A stretch of DNA of 64,000 nucleotides, from positions 1,307,531-1,371,530 of the forward strand of contig CAWIIQ010000001.1 in the NCBI GenBank assembly GCA_963836185.1, in the 5' to 3' direction. The stretch's first letter is position 1. The number at the start of each line of letters is the position of its first letter. Both the position numbers and the translations under genes were made by a program. Origin of the DNA: Candidatus Krumholzibacteriia bacterium. Lineage in GTDB: Bacteria > Krumholzibacteriota > Krumholzibacteriia > Krumholzibacteriales > Krumholzibacteriaceae. The notes beneath the pieces are model-generated. The model did not search any database, was not told where the DNA came from, and was given only the letters and a program-made list of their open reading frames with translations. Of this stretch, positions 47,391 to 58,234 are shown one piece after another.

Positions 47391-50174
47391 ATGCAGAAAC
47401 TCGTTATCCGGGGCGCGCGTGAACACAACCTCAGGGACATAGATCTCGAGCTTCCGCACAGGAAGATAATCGCTGTTACCGGGGTTTCCGGGTCGGGTAA
47501 GTCATCCCTTGCATTCGACACGATATTCGCAGAGGGCCAGCGGAGGTATATCGAGTCGCTCTCCACATATGCCAGGCAGTTCATCGAGAAGCTGAGCCGG
47601 CCGGACCTTGACATCATCGAGGGGATCAGCCCCACCATCGCGATAAAGCAGAAGAATACCGTAACGACGGCGAGATCTACGGTCGGCACCGCTACTGAGA
47701 TCTACGACTACCTTCGCCTGATGTACGCGAGGGCGGGAAGGACCCACTGTCCCGACTGCGGTGTCGAAGTGAGGTCGTGGACGCCAACAGATGTCGCAAA
47801 CGAGACCCTGAGTCTTTTCGAGGGAAAGCGGGTATACCTGCTCATACCGGGAGACGGTAACGGCAGCGATGACTGGGAGACGAGAAAGAGCTATCTTCTG
47901 GCCCGCGGGTATACAAGGGTGGTTGCTGGAGAAGTGACGGCGAGGGTCGAGGAGTTCGATCCGAACGGTTCTGATACCTCGAGAATCGATATTCTCATAG
48001 ACAGAGTAAAGGTCTCTGGATCGTCCCGTTCCAGGATAGCAGAGGGGGCTGAGACTGCTTACAGTGAGCACGAGGGAATAGTAGACATACTGGAACCAGA
48101 GAGCGGTGAGAGGGTTCGTTTCAGCCTCGCTCCTTCCTGCGGCAGTTGCGGCCGGGTATTCGCTCAGCCGACCCCTCATCTGTTTTCTTTCAACAGCCCG
48201 TACGGCGCATGTCCCGAATGCAAGGGATTCGGGGACCGCATGGAGTTTGCCGAGGAGATGATAATTCCGGACGGCAGGAAAACGCTCAAGGAGAGGGCTG
48301 TCGATCCATGGGCGAGGGAGAGGTTCGAGTATTTTCACACGAAGATGATCAAGTTCTGCAGAAAGAAGAAGATACCTCTCGATATTCCCTGGAAGGATCT
48401 GCCGGAAGAGACGAGACATCTCCTGCTCGATGGCGAAGGAGATTACAGGGGAGTGATTCCCTTCCTCGAGAAGATGAAGGAGAAGAGTTACAAGAAGGGG
48501 CACAGGTTCTTTACCCGTAGGTATATGGGATACACGACCTGCCGTTCATGCAGGGGGTCGCGGCTCAGGGAGGAAGCGCGTTTCGTCTTTGTCGGGGGAC
48601 TAGCGATAAGCGATCTCGCGGCTATGCCGCCGCGGGAGATAATGAAAGTCCTTGGAAACGCGGAGTTCACGAAGAGGGAGAAGGCGATCGCCAGGGACAT
48701 CCTCTCTGAGCTCGAATCGAGGCTGGGATTTCTTGTCGATGTCGGTCTCGGATACCTTACGCTCGACAGGCTGACCCGCACTCTTTCGGGAGGTGAAGCC
48801 CAGCGGATCAATCTCGCCAATTCACTCGGAGCTAATCTCGTCGATACCCTGTATGTGCTGGACGAACCTTCAGTGGGACTGCATGCCGCTGATAATAGCA
48901 GACTCATCGATGTGATGCGGCGGCTCAGGGACCTTGGGAACACCGTCATCGTTGTCGAACACGACCCCGAGATCATAAGGTCCGCGGATCACCTGCTCGA
49001 CCTCGGCCCGGGGCCGGGTCGGGACGGGGGGCTGGTACTGTATAACGGACCTGTATCGGAGGCTGCCGCTGCTCCCTCGCTTACGCAGGAAGGTGAATCC
49101 GCGACACTAAAGTGGGTATTCGGCAATGACGGACGGGTCGAACTCAAGGACAGGGTACGCGAGCCTTCCGGTTCCATAGTCCTCGAGGGGGTATCGGAAC
49201 ACAACATGAAGGAGGCGAACGTCACTTTCCCGCTTGGAAATCTCGTGTGCGTAACGGGAGTCTCCGGGTCGGGGAAGAGCACATTGGTCGTAGATGTTCT
49301 CTACAGGCTTCTGGGCAGAAAACGGGCTCTCGGGGGGCATCCTGGGATCTCTGGATGGAAGCTCGACGGAAAACTCGACCGGGTTCTCCTTATAGACCAG
49401 TCGCCGATCGGCGCGACCCCCAGATCGAATCCGGTCACCTATATAAAGGGGTTCTCCTTTATCAGGGAGCTGTTTGCCATGCAGCGGAAATCCCTTGTCA
49501 GGGGGTACAAGGCGGGCAGGTTCAGCTTCAACAAGGCCGGGGGAAGATGCTCCAGGTGTGACGGGATGGGGTACAGGCGAGTCGAGATGCATTTCATGGC
49601 AGATGTCTTCGTGCCGTGCGATGAATGCGATGGAAAGAGATACAACCTCGACACCCTCGAGATACTGTACAGGGGGAAATCGATATCGGACGTACTCGAG
49701 ATGACCGTCGATGAGGCGATACTCTTTTTCGACGAGGTCCCGCTGCTGGGCGAGAAACTCTGGGTGCTTTCGAAGACAGGTCTGGGCTACCTGCGCCTGG
49801 GGCAGCCGTCGAATACCCTTTCCGGCGGAGAGGCGCAGAGGATCAAGATAGCTCGTGAACTTGCCGAATCAGGGGGACAGAACAATCTCTACATCATGGA
49901 CGAGCCTACTACCGGTCTTCATGTGAGCGATGTCGACAGGCTGCTTTCCATACTCGACGACCTGGTAGACGCGGGGCATTCGGTCATCACGATCGAGCAC
50001 AATATGGATATGATAGCGAGATCCGACCACGTCATCGACCTCGGCCCGGGCGGCGGAGTCGACGGAGGGCGAGTTATAGCTTGTGGCGATCCTCATGCGA
50101 TCGTAAAATCGAAAAAGTCCGTAACGGGCAGATATCTGGGTGATTACCTTTCGAAGTACGGGCGGGAGGCTTAG
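47391..50174 (+). CDS. uvrA: excinuclease ABC subunit A
   Basis: IRGAREHNLRDIDLELPHRKIIAVTGVSGSGKSSLAFDTIFAEGQRRY, zinc-finger Cys pairs, a second GVSGSGKST block, and LSGGEAQR twice. GGAGG lies 7 nt upstream of ATG 47391; the track ORF starts at 47322. Confidence 0.95.
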   Translation: MQKLVIRGAREHNLRDIDLELPHRKIIAVTGVSGSGKSSLAFDTIFAEGQRRYIESLSTYARQFIEKLSRPDLDIIEGISPTIAIKQKNTVTTARSTVGTATEIYDYLRLMYARAGRTHCPDCGVEVRSWTPTDVANETLSLFEGKRVYLLIPGDGNGSDDWETRKSYLLARGYTRVVAGEVTARVEEFDPNGSDTSRIDILIDRVKVSGSSRSRIAEGAETAYSEHEGIVDILEPESGERVRFSLAPSCGSCGRVFAQPTPHLFSFNSPYGACPECKGFGDRMEFAEEMIIPDGRKTLKERAVDPWARERFEYFHTKMIKFCRKKKIPLDIPWKDLPEETRHLLLDGEGDYRGVIPFLEKMKEKSYKKGHRFFTRRYMGYTTCRSCRGSRLREEARFVFVGGLAISDLAAMPPREIMKVLGNAEFTKREKAIARDILSELESRLGFLVDVGLGYLTLDRLTRTLSGGEAQRINLANSLGANLVDTLYVLDEPSVGLHAADNSRLIDVMRRLRDLGNTVIVVEHDPEIIRSADHLLDLGPGPGRDGGLVLYNGPVSEAAAAPSLTQEGESATLKWVFGNDGRVELKDRVREPSGSIVLEGVSEHNMKEANVTFPLGNLVCVTGVSGSGKSTLVVDVLYRLLGRKRALGGHPGISGWKLDGKLDRVLLIDQSPIGATPRSNPVTYIKGFSFIRELFAMQRKSLVRGYKAGRFSFNKAGGRCSRCDGMGYRRVEMHFMADVFVPCDECDGKRYNLDTLEILYRGKSISDVLEMTVDEAILFFDEVPLLGEKLWVLSKTGLGYLRLGQPSNTLSGGEAQRIKIARELAESGGQNNLYIMDEPTTGLHVSDVDRLLSILDDLVDAGHSVITIEHNMDMIARSDHVIDLGPGGGVDGGRVIACGDPHAIVKSKKSVTGRYLGDYLSKYGREA

Positions 50175-51159
50175 ATGAAGATCCTCGTAACAGGCGGAGC
50201 GGGATATATCGGCAGTGTGGTGACTGAGTTCCTGATCGATTCGGGTCACGAGGTCGTCATCATCGACAACCTTTCGACCGGACACAGGGGGGCGCTTAAT
50301 TCCGGAGCCGAATTTCATGAGGGCGATCTGCTCGACACAGGCTTCGTCGAAAAAGTGCTCACGGGGGGGGTGGAAGCCGTCTGTCATTTCGCCGCGTTTT
50401 CACAGGTAGGCGAATCTGTAGCTGATCCCCTGAAATATTATTCGAATAATGTCACAGGCGCCATATCTCTTCTCACCGCGATGAGGAATTCAGGTACGAG
50501 ACATTTCCTCTTCTCGTCTACCGCCGCGGTCTACGGCGAACCGGAGGATGTGCCCATCACGGAGGATTCGGCGCTGATGCCCGTAAACGCCTATGGAAAC
50601 ACGAAGCTCGCTATCGAGAGGATGCTCGGCGACTGCGCGAAAGGGTGGGAACTGAGATCGCTCTCACTGAGGTATTTCAATGCCGCCGGCGCTTCGAAGG
50701 ACCATGGAGAGGACCATCGCCCCGAGACCCATCTGATCCCCCTGCTGCTCGATGCCGCCATGGGAAGGCGGGGAGAACTTGTCGTATACGGTGATGATTA
50801 TCCCACAAGAGACGGCACATGTATCAGGGATTATATACATGTCAAGGATCTGGCGACCGCTCATGTCCTGGGGCTCGAGAAACTTCTCGAAGGATATTTC
50901 AGGTGCGCTCAACCTCGGCAACGGGACGGGATTCTCAGTCCTCGAGGTTATGGAGGCCGCATCCAGGGTGACAGGTCTCGAGGTGCCGCACCGTATCGGC
51001 GGCCGGAGGCAGGGAGATCCGGCAACACTGGTCGCCTCTTCCTCGAGGGCCGAGGAAGTTCTCGGATGGAAGAGGGAGTATCCCGAAGTCGACCGGATAA
51101 TCGACGATGCTTATCAATGGAGAAAGTCTTTCCCTGAGGGGTATCCGGCCTCTTCATAA
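50175..51159 (+). pseudogene. galE: UDP-glucose 4-epimerase interrupted by one frame break
   Basis: MKILVTGGAGYIGS...YGNTK...LRYFNAAG...IRDYIHVKDLA is in frame 0 up to about 50890. It continues as ISGALNLGNGTGFSVLEVMEAA...GDPATLVASS in frame 1 (ORF 50752..51159). Confidence 0.85.
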
Positions 51160-51373
51160 ACAGTTGAAAAGATTACGGCTTATGGCCGGAATTCTACCAG
51201 CCTCTCATGCCCGTGCATCGCAGGTCCGGGAGGCCGCGGACATATCTTCAGATCGCGACAGGGCCGGCGACACCATAACTCATTAAATAACAACCGTATA
51301 GGAGCCCCACCTCGAGGCCGGTGAAACTCTTGCTGTCCTGGTCATGTATCGGCATCCCATGGCATATCAATTG

Positions 51374-51411
51374 CCCTCTCAAGAAGTGAGACAGTGCGCT
51401 TTTTGAGAGGG
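51374..51411 (+). promoter_or_regulatory. hairpin that pairs with the Shine-Dalgarno region of the histidine-kinase gene
   Basis: CCCTCTCAA (51374-51382) pairs with TTGAGAGGG (51403-51411). The right arm overlaps the GAGAGGGAG ribosome-binding site 4 nt upstream of ATG 51416. Confidence 0.4.
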
Positions 51412-51415
51412 AGAT

Positions 51416-53916
51416 ATGAGGACAGAGCAGATTACAGACCTTTTCAAAGCGGTCAGGGACAGGGGTCCGTCTACCGTTCGTTCTCTTGTTCAGGCGATCG
51501 ACGGTCCACTGGGCAGGATGCTCGGAACGGCCGCGTGCGCCCTCGAGGTGTATCGCCCCGGGGCTCTGTATCTCTCGCGGAGGATCGCCGGAATAGACGA
51601 TAACGGGCTTGCCGCCCTGTTCGGGATCCGGCCGGGAAAGGTAGAGGACTGGACGGTCATCGATCCTGACGGAGAGCGCCGCATAGGCCCCGCCTCTGGA
51701 ATATCAGTCGCCAGCCTGCCCTTCTATTTTGAGGGTTCGGAAGCTGGAAGGCTCTACCTTCTCACTGGGCCGGGAGAACATGCTCCACTTGGAGAGGACT
51801 CGGCGGAGCTTCTCTCAGAAGCGATATCCACGATGATCCATCCGTGCATGATCAGGAGAAGCAGCGAGGGGAACTCGACCGGCGAGTCGCTCAGGGCCGA
51901 ACTGTTGGAAGCGACAGGAGACGACGGACTGATGCGCGGACTGCTCGGCGGGATGACGGAGCATTCAGGCGCCGAATTCTGCGCTTACCTCTCAGGCAGA
52001 GGTGGAGGCACGCTTCACCTTATGGCACAGGGGAAAGAATATTCCGTGATGTTCTCCGAGATCAGGGAAAAGTTGAAGACCTCGCTTCGCATGTTCACCA
52101 ACGGCGATGCTGGTGAATGGATAGAAAGAGAAAAAGTATATTACGCGGCCAACGGAAGCGGCGCTTCTCTTCCCGCGGGAGGAACCGGGATAGAGAGTTA
52201 CTTCCTCGTACCGGTCACATCGGGAGCGAGAGTTGAGGGAGTCCTGTTCTTCGGCAGCGTGCGGAGGGACGCTTTTGTAAGGGAGACGATATCCCGTTTC
52301 CGCGTTCTGGCAGGGGACAGTTCTCCGGCCGGGACAAACGACTGCGATGACGATACTGCTGGAGGGATGCTTGAACAGCTTCTCCTCTCGATACCGTACG
52401 GCGCGGCGATCGTCGATTCGGAAGGTACGATCAGCAGGGCAAACGAAGCGCTGCATGCGCATCTTCGGCGGCGGTGCGTTCGATCGCATCGAGGAGATAG
52501 GCGAACGCTCGGCTTTCGACATCAGGACAGCCTGGGACGAGTTTTCCAGGTTCGGACGGAACATCAATGACAGGCAGATAGATTCATCCGCCGGTGACGG
52601 CAGGAGCATCTCCCTTTCGATGATCCGGATGGAAAGCATCGCCGGTGAGGCCAGATCGGTCATCGTCGTCAGGGATACGACAGAATTCACCGGGATGGAG
52701 CAGAAAAGGGAAGAGGCGATGGCTGTGGTCGCCCATGAGATCAGAACTCCGATGACAGCGTTGAAGAACTCACTGAGCATCCTCAGCGATGCGGGAGCCG
52801 CCGGACATAATGTCATGGAAGATATCGACGGGCCGGGAAGGCGCTTCTTCGAGACAGCTCTGCGTACTGTCGACAGGCTCTCCGTACTTGTAGACGGGTT
52901 GCTCGACGCCTCGATGGTCAGGCGCAGCGGCAGCGATCCGAAGATCGAGAGGGTCGATGTGCAGGTCATTCCTGGAGGACTCATCACTCCTTTTCTCGAA
53001 CTCGATGACAAAGAAGGAAATCACTTTTGGAATAGATGTAAACGTGAAGGCGAGGGATGCCTTCATAGACCGGGGGATGATGGAGCAGGTGATACAGAAT
53101 CTCCTGTCGAACTGCCTGAAGCATGTACCGGTGGGAGGGGAGGTCGGGATCAGCGTGAAGACGATGGACAAGGCGCCCGAATGGATCTCCGGCGTTCTTC
53201 CGCTCGAATATTCTGAGAAGCCGGGATACATGGTAATTACGATATCGGATTCCGGGCCGGGCATACCCGACGAGGTCGCCCGCTCGATAAATGTCCCGTT
53301 TACCGCGGCACCCGCTTCGATAAAGCCTGCAAGTGGGATCGGTCTATATATCGCGGCGCGGCTGGTAAAACTTCATGGAGGCAGGCTGATCATAGAGACC
53401 GGGGAGAACGGATCGACGATCGATATCTACCTGCCTTCCGACATACAGACGAGTGAGATGATGAGAGGGATCATATCGATCCAGTCATCTGTCGAGTCGC
53501 TCGTATCGATAGGAGCCTCTCCGATCCTGTACGTGCTGACGAGAGACAATGGGCCGTGCTGGCTCGATGTCGCCGGAACGATGCGCAACAGGCCGGTGGT
53601 CAACCCGACACCCTCCGAAACGGGAAGATCGGGGATCTGTTTCTGGCCCATGGGCGAGAGGCTGGCATTTGTCATGACCGCAGAGAGAAAGTACAGGGAA
53701 AGTCCCATGTCACTCTTCGAGAACGGCATGGGCGGACTGAGGATATTGGAATGGAATCCCGGGGAAACCCCGGATGCCGGCTGGGCTGTCTGCCCGGACG
53801 ACGGGAGGGACTACGCGTCCCTGCTGGAAGCTGCTCTGGAAAGAATGGAAGTTGGAGCGGGAGAACCGCTCCGGAAAGGAGAGAAGGAATGGACCGCTAC
53901 AGGATCCTTATCGTAG
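51416..53916 (+). pseudogene. cytoplasmic sensor histidine kinase (GAF-like regions, PAS, HisKA, HATPase_c, C-terminal extension) with two frame breaks
   Basis: Three colinear ORFs: 51416.. (frame 2), 52347.. (frame 0, H-box VVAHEIRTPMTAL) and 52957.. (frame 1, N-box QNLLSNCLKH, G-boxes ISDSGPGIP and GIGLYIA). Junctions are near 52448-52466 and 52955-52975. Confidence 0.75.
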
Positions 53917-54296
53917 AGGATGATGAGGATATCGTCGAAACGGTCAAGTATGCCCTCGAGCTGAGAGGTTTCGAGGTCGACGTGGCATATGACGGGCTTC
54001 ATGCACTTCGCAAGGCGAGGAAGAACGAGTACGACCTGATGCTTCTCGACATCATGCTCCCGGGCAAGAATGGATACGAAGTATCCAGGATGCTCAAGCA
54101 GGACATGGAAGAAGGAAAGCTATCCCCGTTCAAGATCCTTGTCCTGACGGCGAGGAAAGTCGACACTCCCGAGCGAGAAGATTTTCTCGCGACCTGGTCG
54201 AATGCCGATGAATACATGTACAAGCCGTTCGAGCTCGACGATCTTATCAACAGGATCAATATGCATCTGGCCGCGGAAACGGTCGAAGTTAACTGA
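53889..54296 (+). CDS. stand-alone response-regulator receiver protein
   Basis: RILIVEDDEDIV...DLMLLDIMLPGKNG...VLTAR...YMYKPFELDDL are the CheY-like Asp/Thr/Lys positions. There is no output domain. The start overlaps the kinase 3' end. Confidence 0.85.
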   Translation: MDRYRILIVEDDEDIVETVKYALELRGFEVDVAYDGLHALRKARKNEYDLMLLDIMLPGKNGYEVSRMLKQDMEEGKLSPFKILVLTARKVDTPEREDFLATWSNADEYMYKPFELDDLINRINMHLAAETVEVN

Positions 54297-54350
54297 GAGA
54301 ACCCCGGAGGTGAGGCAGGCGGAGCGGCGGTATGCGCTGCCGGAACCGGA

Positions 54351-55058
54351 ATGCCTGGAGACTCGATGGCCAGCGAAACGGCAATAAGTATTGGCGGCGG
54401 GTGCGAATATATGGCGAGCCTTATAGACAGCTCGCCAGTGCCCATGATAGCGCTCGATACGAGCCTGCGGATAATCATGTTCAACAGGGCGGCCCGTGAT
54501 CTGACCGGGTTCGAAACTGAGGATGTGATGGGCTGCAGGATAAGTTCGCTCGTAGGATTCGCCGATACTCGCCGTATCATCAGGGATATGCGAGGCCGCA
54601 GCAAGTCATCAGTCGATCATATGGCGAGGTTCGGGAAGTGTGGTGGCGGGGAGGTGCCCGTGAGCCTGAAAGTGAGTCCGGTTACAGGCAAGGGAGGAGA
54701 GCTCGCCGGAGCTATAATACTTGCCACTGATATGACCGAACTGCGTGAACTCCAGTCAAAGATGCTGGAGGCGGAGAGGGTAACGGCGATAACCGAGACG
54801 GCGATAAGCGTAAATCACGAGATCAACAATCCGCTCTGCTCGATACTCGGCTACACCCAGTTGATACTGATGGACCGGGAATCGCTCGATCCGGACGTCG
54901 TCAGAAAGCTTGAGAGCATCGAGAAACAGATAGTGCGGATACAGGAGATCGCCGACAGGCTTGGGCGCATCAACAGGCCCGTTCTCAAGGAATATGTGGG
55001 GGGAAGCAGAATGCTCGACATGGAACATTCCTGCGTCGAGGAAGCGGACGACGAATAA
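54351..55058 (+). CDS. PAS domain plus HisKA (DHp) protein lacking an ATPase domain
   Basis: PAS region: PMIALDTSLRIIMFNRAARDLTGFETEDVMG. H-box: ISVNHEINNPLCSILGYTQL. The protein ends about 70 aa after the H-box and the next feature is a tRNA. Confidence 0.75.
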   Translation: MPGDSMASETAISIGGGCEYMASLIDSSPVPMIALDTSLRIIMFNRAARDLTGFETEDVMGCRISSLVGFADTRRIIRDMRGRSKSSVDHMARFGKCGGGEVPVSLKVSPVTGKGGELAGAIILATDMTELRELQSKMLEAERVTAITETAISVNHEINNPLCSILGYTQLILMDRESLDPDVVRKLESIEKQIVRIQEIADRLGRINRPVLKEYVGGSRMLDMEHSCVEEADDE

Positions 55059-55100
55059 ATCGTTGACAAAAGCCCATAAATTAATAAGATTACCGTCCGT

Positions 55101-55176
55101 GGGAAGGTAGCTCAGTCGGTAGAGCAACGGATTGAAAATCCGTGTGTCGGGGGTTCAATTCCCTCCCTTCCCACCA
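55101..55176 (+). tRNA. tRNA-Phe (anticodon GAA) with genomically encoded CCA
   Basis: Hand-folded cloverleaf: acceptor GGGAAGG/CCTTCCC, D-arm GCTC-AGTCGGTA-GAGC, anticodon arm ACGGA-TTGAAAA-TCCGT, variable GTGTC, T-arm GGGGG-TTCAATT-CCCTC, discriminator A, CCA. Confidence 0.92.
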
Positions 55177-55187
55177 CCGATATACAG

Positions 55188-55211
55188 CCGGATCATCGAT
55201 CCGGTTTTTTT
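55188..55211 (+). terminator. rho-independent terminator after the tRNA
   Basis: CCGGATC-atc-GATCCGG followed by TTTTTTT. Confidence 0.7.
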
Positions 55212-55229
55212 GTGGAATACTTCGCCTGT

Positions 55230-55272
55230 ATAAAGAAAGAGGCCGGACAGGGCGCCCGGCCTCTTTCTTTAT
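55230..55272. terminator. bidirectional 15-bp stem terminator
   Basis: AAAGAAAGAGGCCGG (55232-55246) pairs with CCGGCCTCTTTCTTT (55256-55270). It lies 37 nt beyond the stop of the convergent gene 55309..55872. Confidence 0.7.
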
Positions 55273-55308
55273 AGCCGCTGGAGATATCAGCGGTCTCGGG
55301 AAGAATCG

Positions 55309-55872
55309 CTATCTGTTATACATTTCCTTGATAGCTCCCCAGCTAGTCTCCTCCGTCGCCGTACCGGCGCATTCGGGGCTGCCGGGAGGGTAGTTCACGA
55401 AAATGCTCGTGTAGGTATAGGCAGCCTCGACCGGATACCCGGGAAGGCAGTTTGCAACACCGATCCTGCCCGTTTCAGCATGGTCCATGAGCCATATGGC
55501 CGTCTGACCGGGACCGGTCGCCATGATGCTGTAAACATCGAGCAGGACCCAGTCGGTGCGGCAGAGATAGAGGCTGTAGGAAATGCCGTCGAAAATGTCC
55601 CCCATGCTCAGACTGACGTACGGTCCGGGGGCTCTTCCTGTAAGGAAATAGGTCGGGGCAAAGTCTGAGATACTGAATTCTGCACCCCTTAATCCGTTAT
55701 CACTTGGCAGGCAGAAGACCCAGACGTTGAACTGGAACGGGATGTCGGTCGACTCGAGGCACCAGGAAGTCCGGGCTTCATCGGCGAAAAGACCGATGTA
55801 ACCGTATTCGTATGCGGCTGCGGGTGTCGCCAGCATCGCTGCCAGGACGACGATCAGTAACAACGATCGCAT
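55309..55872 (-). CDS. hypothetical secreted protein
   Basis: Signal peptide MRSLLLIVVLAAMLATPAAA. Coding-like composition. GGAGGGG lies upstream of the ATG. No assigned family. Confidence 0.6.
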   Translation of the reverse strand: MRSLLLIVVLAAMLATPAAAYEYGYIGLFADEARTSWCLESTDIPFQFNVWVFCLPSDNGLRGAEFSISDFAPTYFLTGRAPGPYVSLSMGDIFDGISYSLYLCRTDWVLLDVYSIMATGPGQTAIWLMDHAETGRIGVANCLPGYPVEAAYTYTSIFVNYPPGSPECAGTATEETSWGAIKEMYNR

Positions 55873-56019
55873 AGTCCCCTCCTTCGAGGTTGTTGGTGAA
55901 TATCCAAGCGGCGATATATTATCATATTATGGACACCTCTTCAACTTAATTCCAGAACGGTTCCAAATCCGGCCGGAGGATGAATTACTGTTGACAGTAA
56001 ATAAATACTGGGCTTATCT

Positions 56020-56247
56020 TTGATAGTCACCAGGGACGGAAGGGCAAATGTGGACGCAAAGACTATGGCCGCGATTGTCGCGGCTGTTCAAGCCTATATA
56101 GAACAGGAAGATACGGTGCCGGTCAGGGAGAAAGGGCACGTCCTGAGCCCGTGGAAGATGGGCGCGCGCAAGGAACAGCTTGGAAGACGCTCTCTCGCGG
56201 CCAGGGCAAATCCGCTCAAGACCCGGTTGAACCGGTTCTCCCTGTGA
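56020..56247 (+). CDS. small protein with an OadG-like soluble motif (weak call)
   Basis: MAAIVAAVQAYIEQE...SPWKMGARKE resembles the conserved segment of decarboxylase gamma-subunit-like small proteins. It has no TM helix. The start may be ATG 56065. Confidence 0.3.
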   Translation: MIVTRDGRANVDAKTMAAIVAAVQAYIEQEDTVPVREKGHVLSPWKMGARKEQLGRRSLAARANPLKTRLNRFSL

Positions 56248-56283
56248 TGATGGCTGCCTGAAAGAAAGGCTCACACAAACGAT

Positions 56284-58234
56284 ATGCCTGCCAGCGAAAA
56301 GATACTCAAGGGAATCGGACCAGTAAAGATCACGGATACGACTTTCCGCGATGGTCATCAGTCCACTCTCGCTACGAGGTTCCGTACCGGAGACATGCTT
56401 CCCATAGCCGAGAAGATGGATGCTGTCGGCTTCCATTCGATGGAAGTCTGGGGAGGAGCGACATTCGATGTCGCCACACGTTTCCTCAATGAGGACCCAT
56501 GGGATCGACTTGTCGAGCTTAAAAAGAGGATAAAAAACACACCACTGCAGATGCTGCTGCGAGGCCAGAATCTTGTCGGGTACAGAAACTACGCCGATGA
56601 TGTCGTCGAGGCGTTTGTTTTCGAGGCGGCTGAAGCCGGAATAGACATATTCAGGGTGTTCGATGCGCTGAACGATGGACGTAATTTCGAAGCGTCGTTC
56701 GAAGCGATAAAGAAATCAGGCAAGGAGATTCAGGCAACACTCTCTTATTCCCTCACAGGGAACAGGCTCGGGGGCGAGGTGTTCGACCTGAAATACTATG
56801 TGGAGAAGGCGAAGATATTCAAGGATATGGGCGCCTCCTCGATCTGCATCAAGGATATGGCCGGGCTGATGAATCCCTATGACGCTTACGATCTCGTAGG
56901 TTCCCTCAAGGCCGATGTCGGTATTCCGGTCCAGCTGCACTGCCACTATACCAGCGGCATGGCATCGATGACATATCTCAAGGCTGTCGAAGCAGGTGTG
57001 GATGTGCTCGATTGCGCCCTGGCGCCGTTCGGCCTGAGGTCATCCGAGCCGGCGGTGGAACCGATCGTCGCCGCGCTCCAGGGAACAGGCAGGGACACCG
57101 GCCTCGATCTCGATCTGCTCTTCGAGCTGGGTGCGTATGTCGAGAAGGTCGCGCCAAAGTACAGGCGGTTCCTTAACCAGACGAGGATGGCTGTGATCGA
57201 TACCGGTGTCCTGGAGCACCAGATCCCCGGTGGAATGCTCACAAACCTGGTCAGCCAGCTCAGGGAGGCGGAAGCGCTCGACAGGATAGACGAGGTATAC
57301 AAGGAACTGCCCAGAACCCGCAAAGAACTGGGATTTCCTCCTCTGGTGACGCCGACAAGCCAGATCGTCGGTATACAGGCCGTACAGAACGTTCTCTTCG
57401 GGCGATACAAGATGATCAGCGGCCAGGTCAAGGATTACGCGTATGGTCTCTACGGGACTCCTCCGAGGCCGATGGATCCGAAGATACAGAAGCTCGCTCT
57501 CAAGGGATATCCCCGCGGCGAGAAACCGATAACGTGCCGTGCCGCTGACATGCTCGAACCTGAGATGGAGAAGGCGCGGGAAGGAGTGTAAAGGGCCTCG
57601 CGAAAAACGAGAGGGATGTCCTGATCTACGCGCTTTACCCGACTACGGGGACCAGGTTCCTGCGCTGGAAATACGGGCTCGAGGAGCCGCCCGCGGAAGT
57701 GAAGCCTGTTACGCTCGAGGATGTGGCAAGGGAAGAGGAGCTTGTCGAGAAACTGCGCAGCGGTAATGTTTCCGTGTCAACGGGCAGGGGAGGAATACCG
57801 GATAAGGGCGCAGCGCTCAGGGCTTTCAATGTTTTCGTCGGAGATGAATATTACAATGTCGAGGTGGAGGAGGTCGGTGGAAAGACGCGGGCACGCGCCG
57901 CGGGAAACACAGCCCCGATAGTGATGAAGGACGGCGGCCGAAGGAAGAAGAAGGAAAAAAGGAATAAAGATCAATGCCGAGAAGGCCAGCGCTTGCGCCG
58001 ACACCGGGGATGGATCGGAGTTTACACTGACGGCTCCCATGCCAGGCATGGTCATAAGCTACGAAGTGAAGCGAAGGCGACAGTGTCGGAGAGGGAGATG
58101 TCCTCGTCGTTCTTGAGGCGATGAAGATGCAGAACAGCCTCACTGCAGGTGTCGCGGGAACTATCAAGTCGATAAAGGTCTCGCCCGGAATGTCGGTCGA
58201 AAAGAACCAGGTACTTCTGACGATCTCCAACTGA
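56284..58234 (+). pseudogene. oxaloacetate decarboxylase alpha / pyruvate carboxylase subunit B-type carboxyltransferase with a C-terminal biotinyl domain; three frame breaks
   Basis: ITDTTFRDGHQS...MLLRGQNLVGYRNY is in frame 1 up to 57591. KGLAKNERDVLIYALYP... is in frame 0. TLTAPMPGMVISYEVK is in frame 1. EGDSVGEGDVLVVLEAMKMQNSL...TISN is in frame 2, with stop TGA at 58232-58234. Confidence 0.8.

Noticed and set aside
51221-51240. CAGGTCCGGGAGG in the galE-kinase spacer resembles the SRP (4.5S) RNA domain IV core CAGGUCCGGAAGGAAGCAGC.
   Set aside because: The conserved GGAAGCAGC 3' side, with its asymmetric-loop adenines, is absent (the sequence here is GGCCGCGGA). I could not draw a closing long helix from the flanks.
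52971-52975. Programmed +1 ribosomal frameshifting as an explanation for the frame breaks.
   Set aside because: There is no shared slippery or shift-prone heptamer, no in-frame rare or stop codon, and no stimulatory structure common to the sites. The breaks occur in unrelated genes, sometimes several per gene. This fits indels much better.
58232-58234. The TGA between the biotinyl domain and the next ORF is in the same frame, so it was considered as a selenocysteine or read-through site.
   Set aside because: There is no SECIS-like hairpin immediately downstream. The two protein families are normally separate polypeptides, and the position corresponds to the natural C-terminus of biotinyl domains (...LLTISN).
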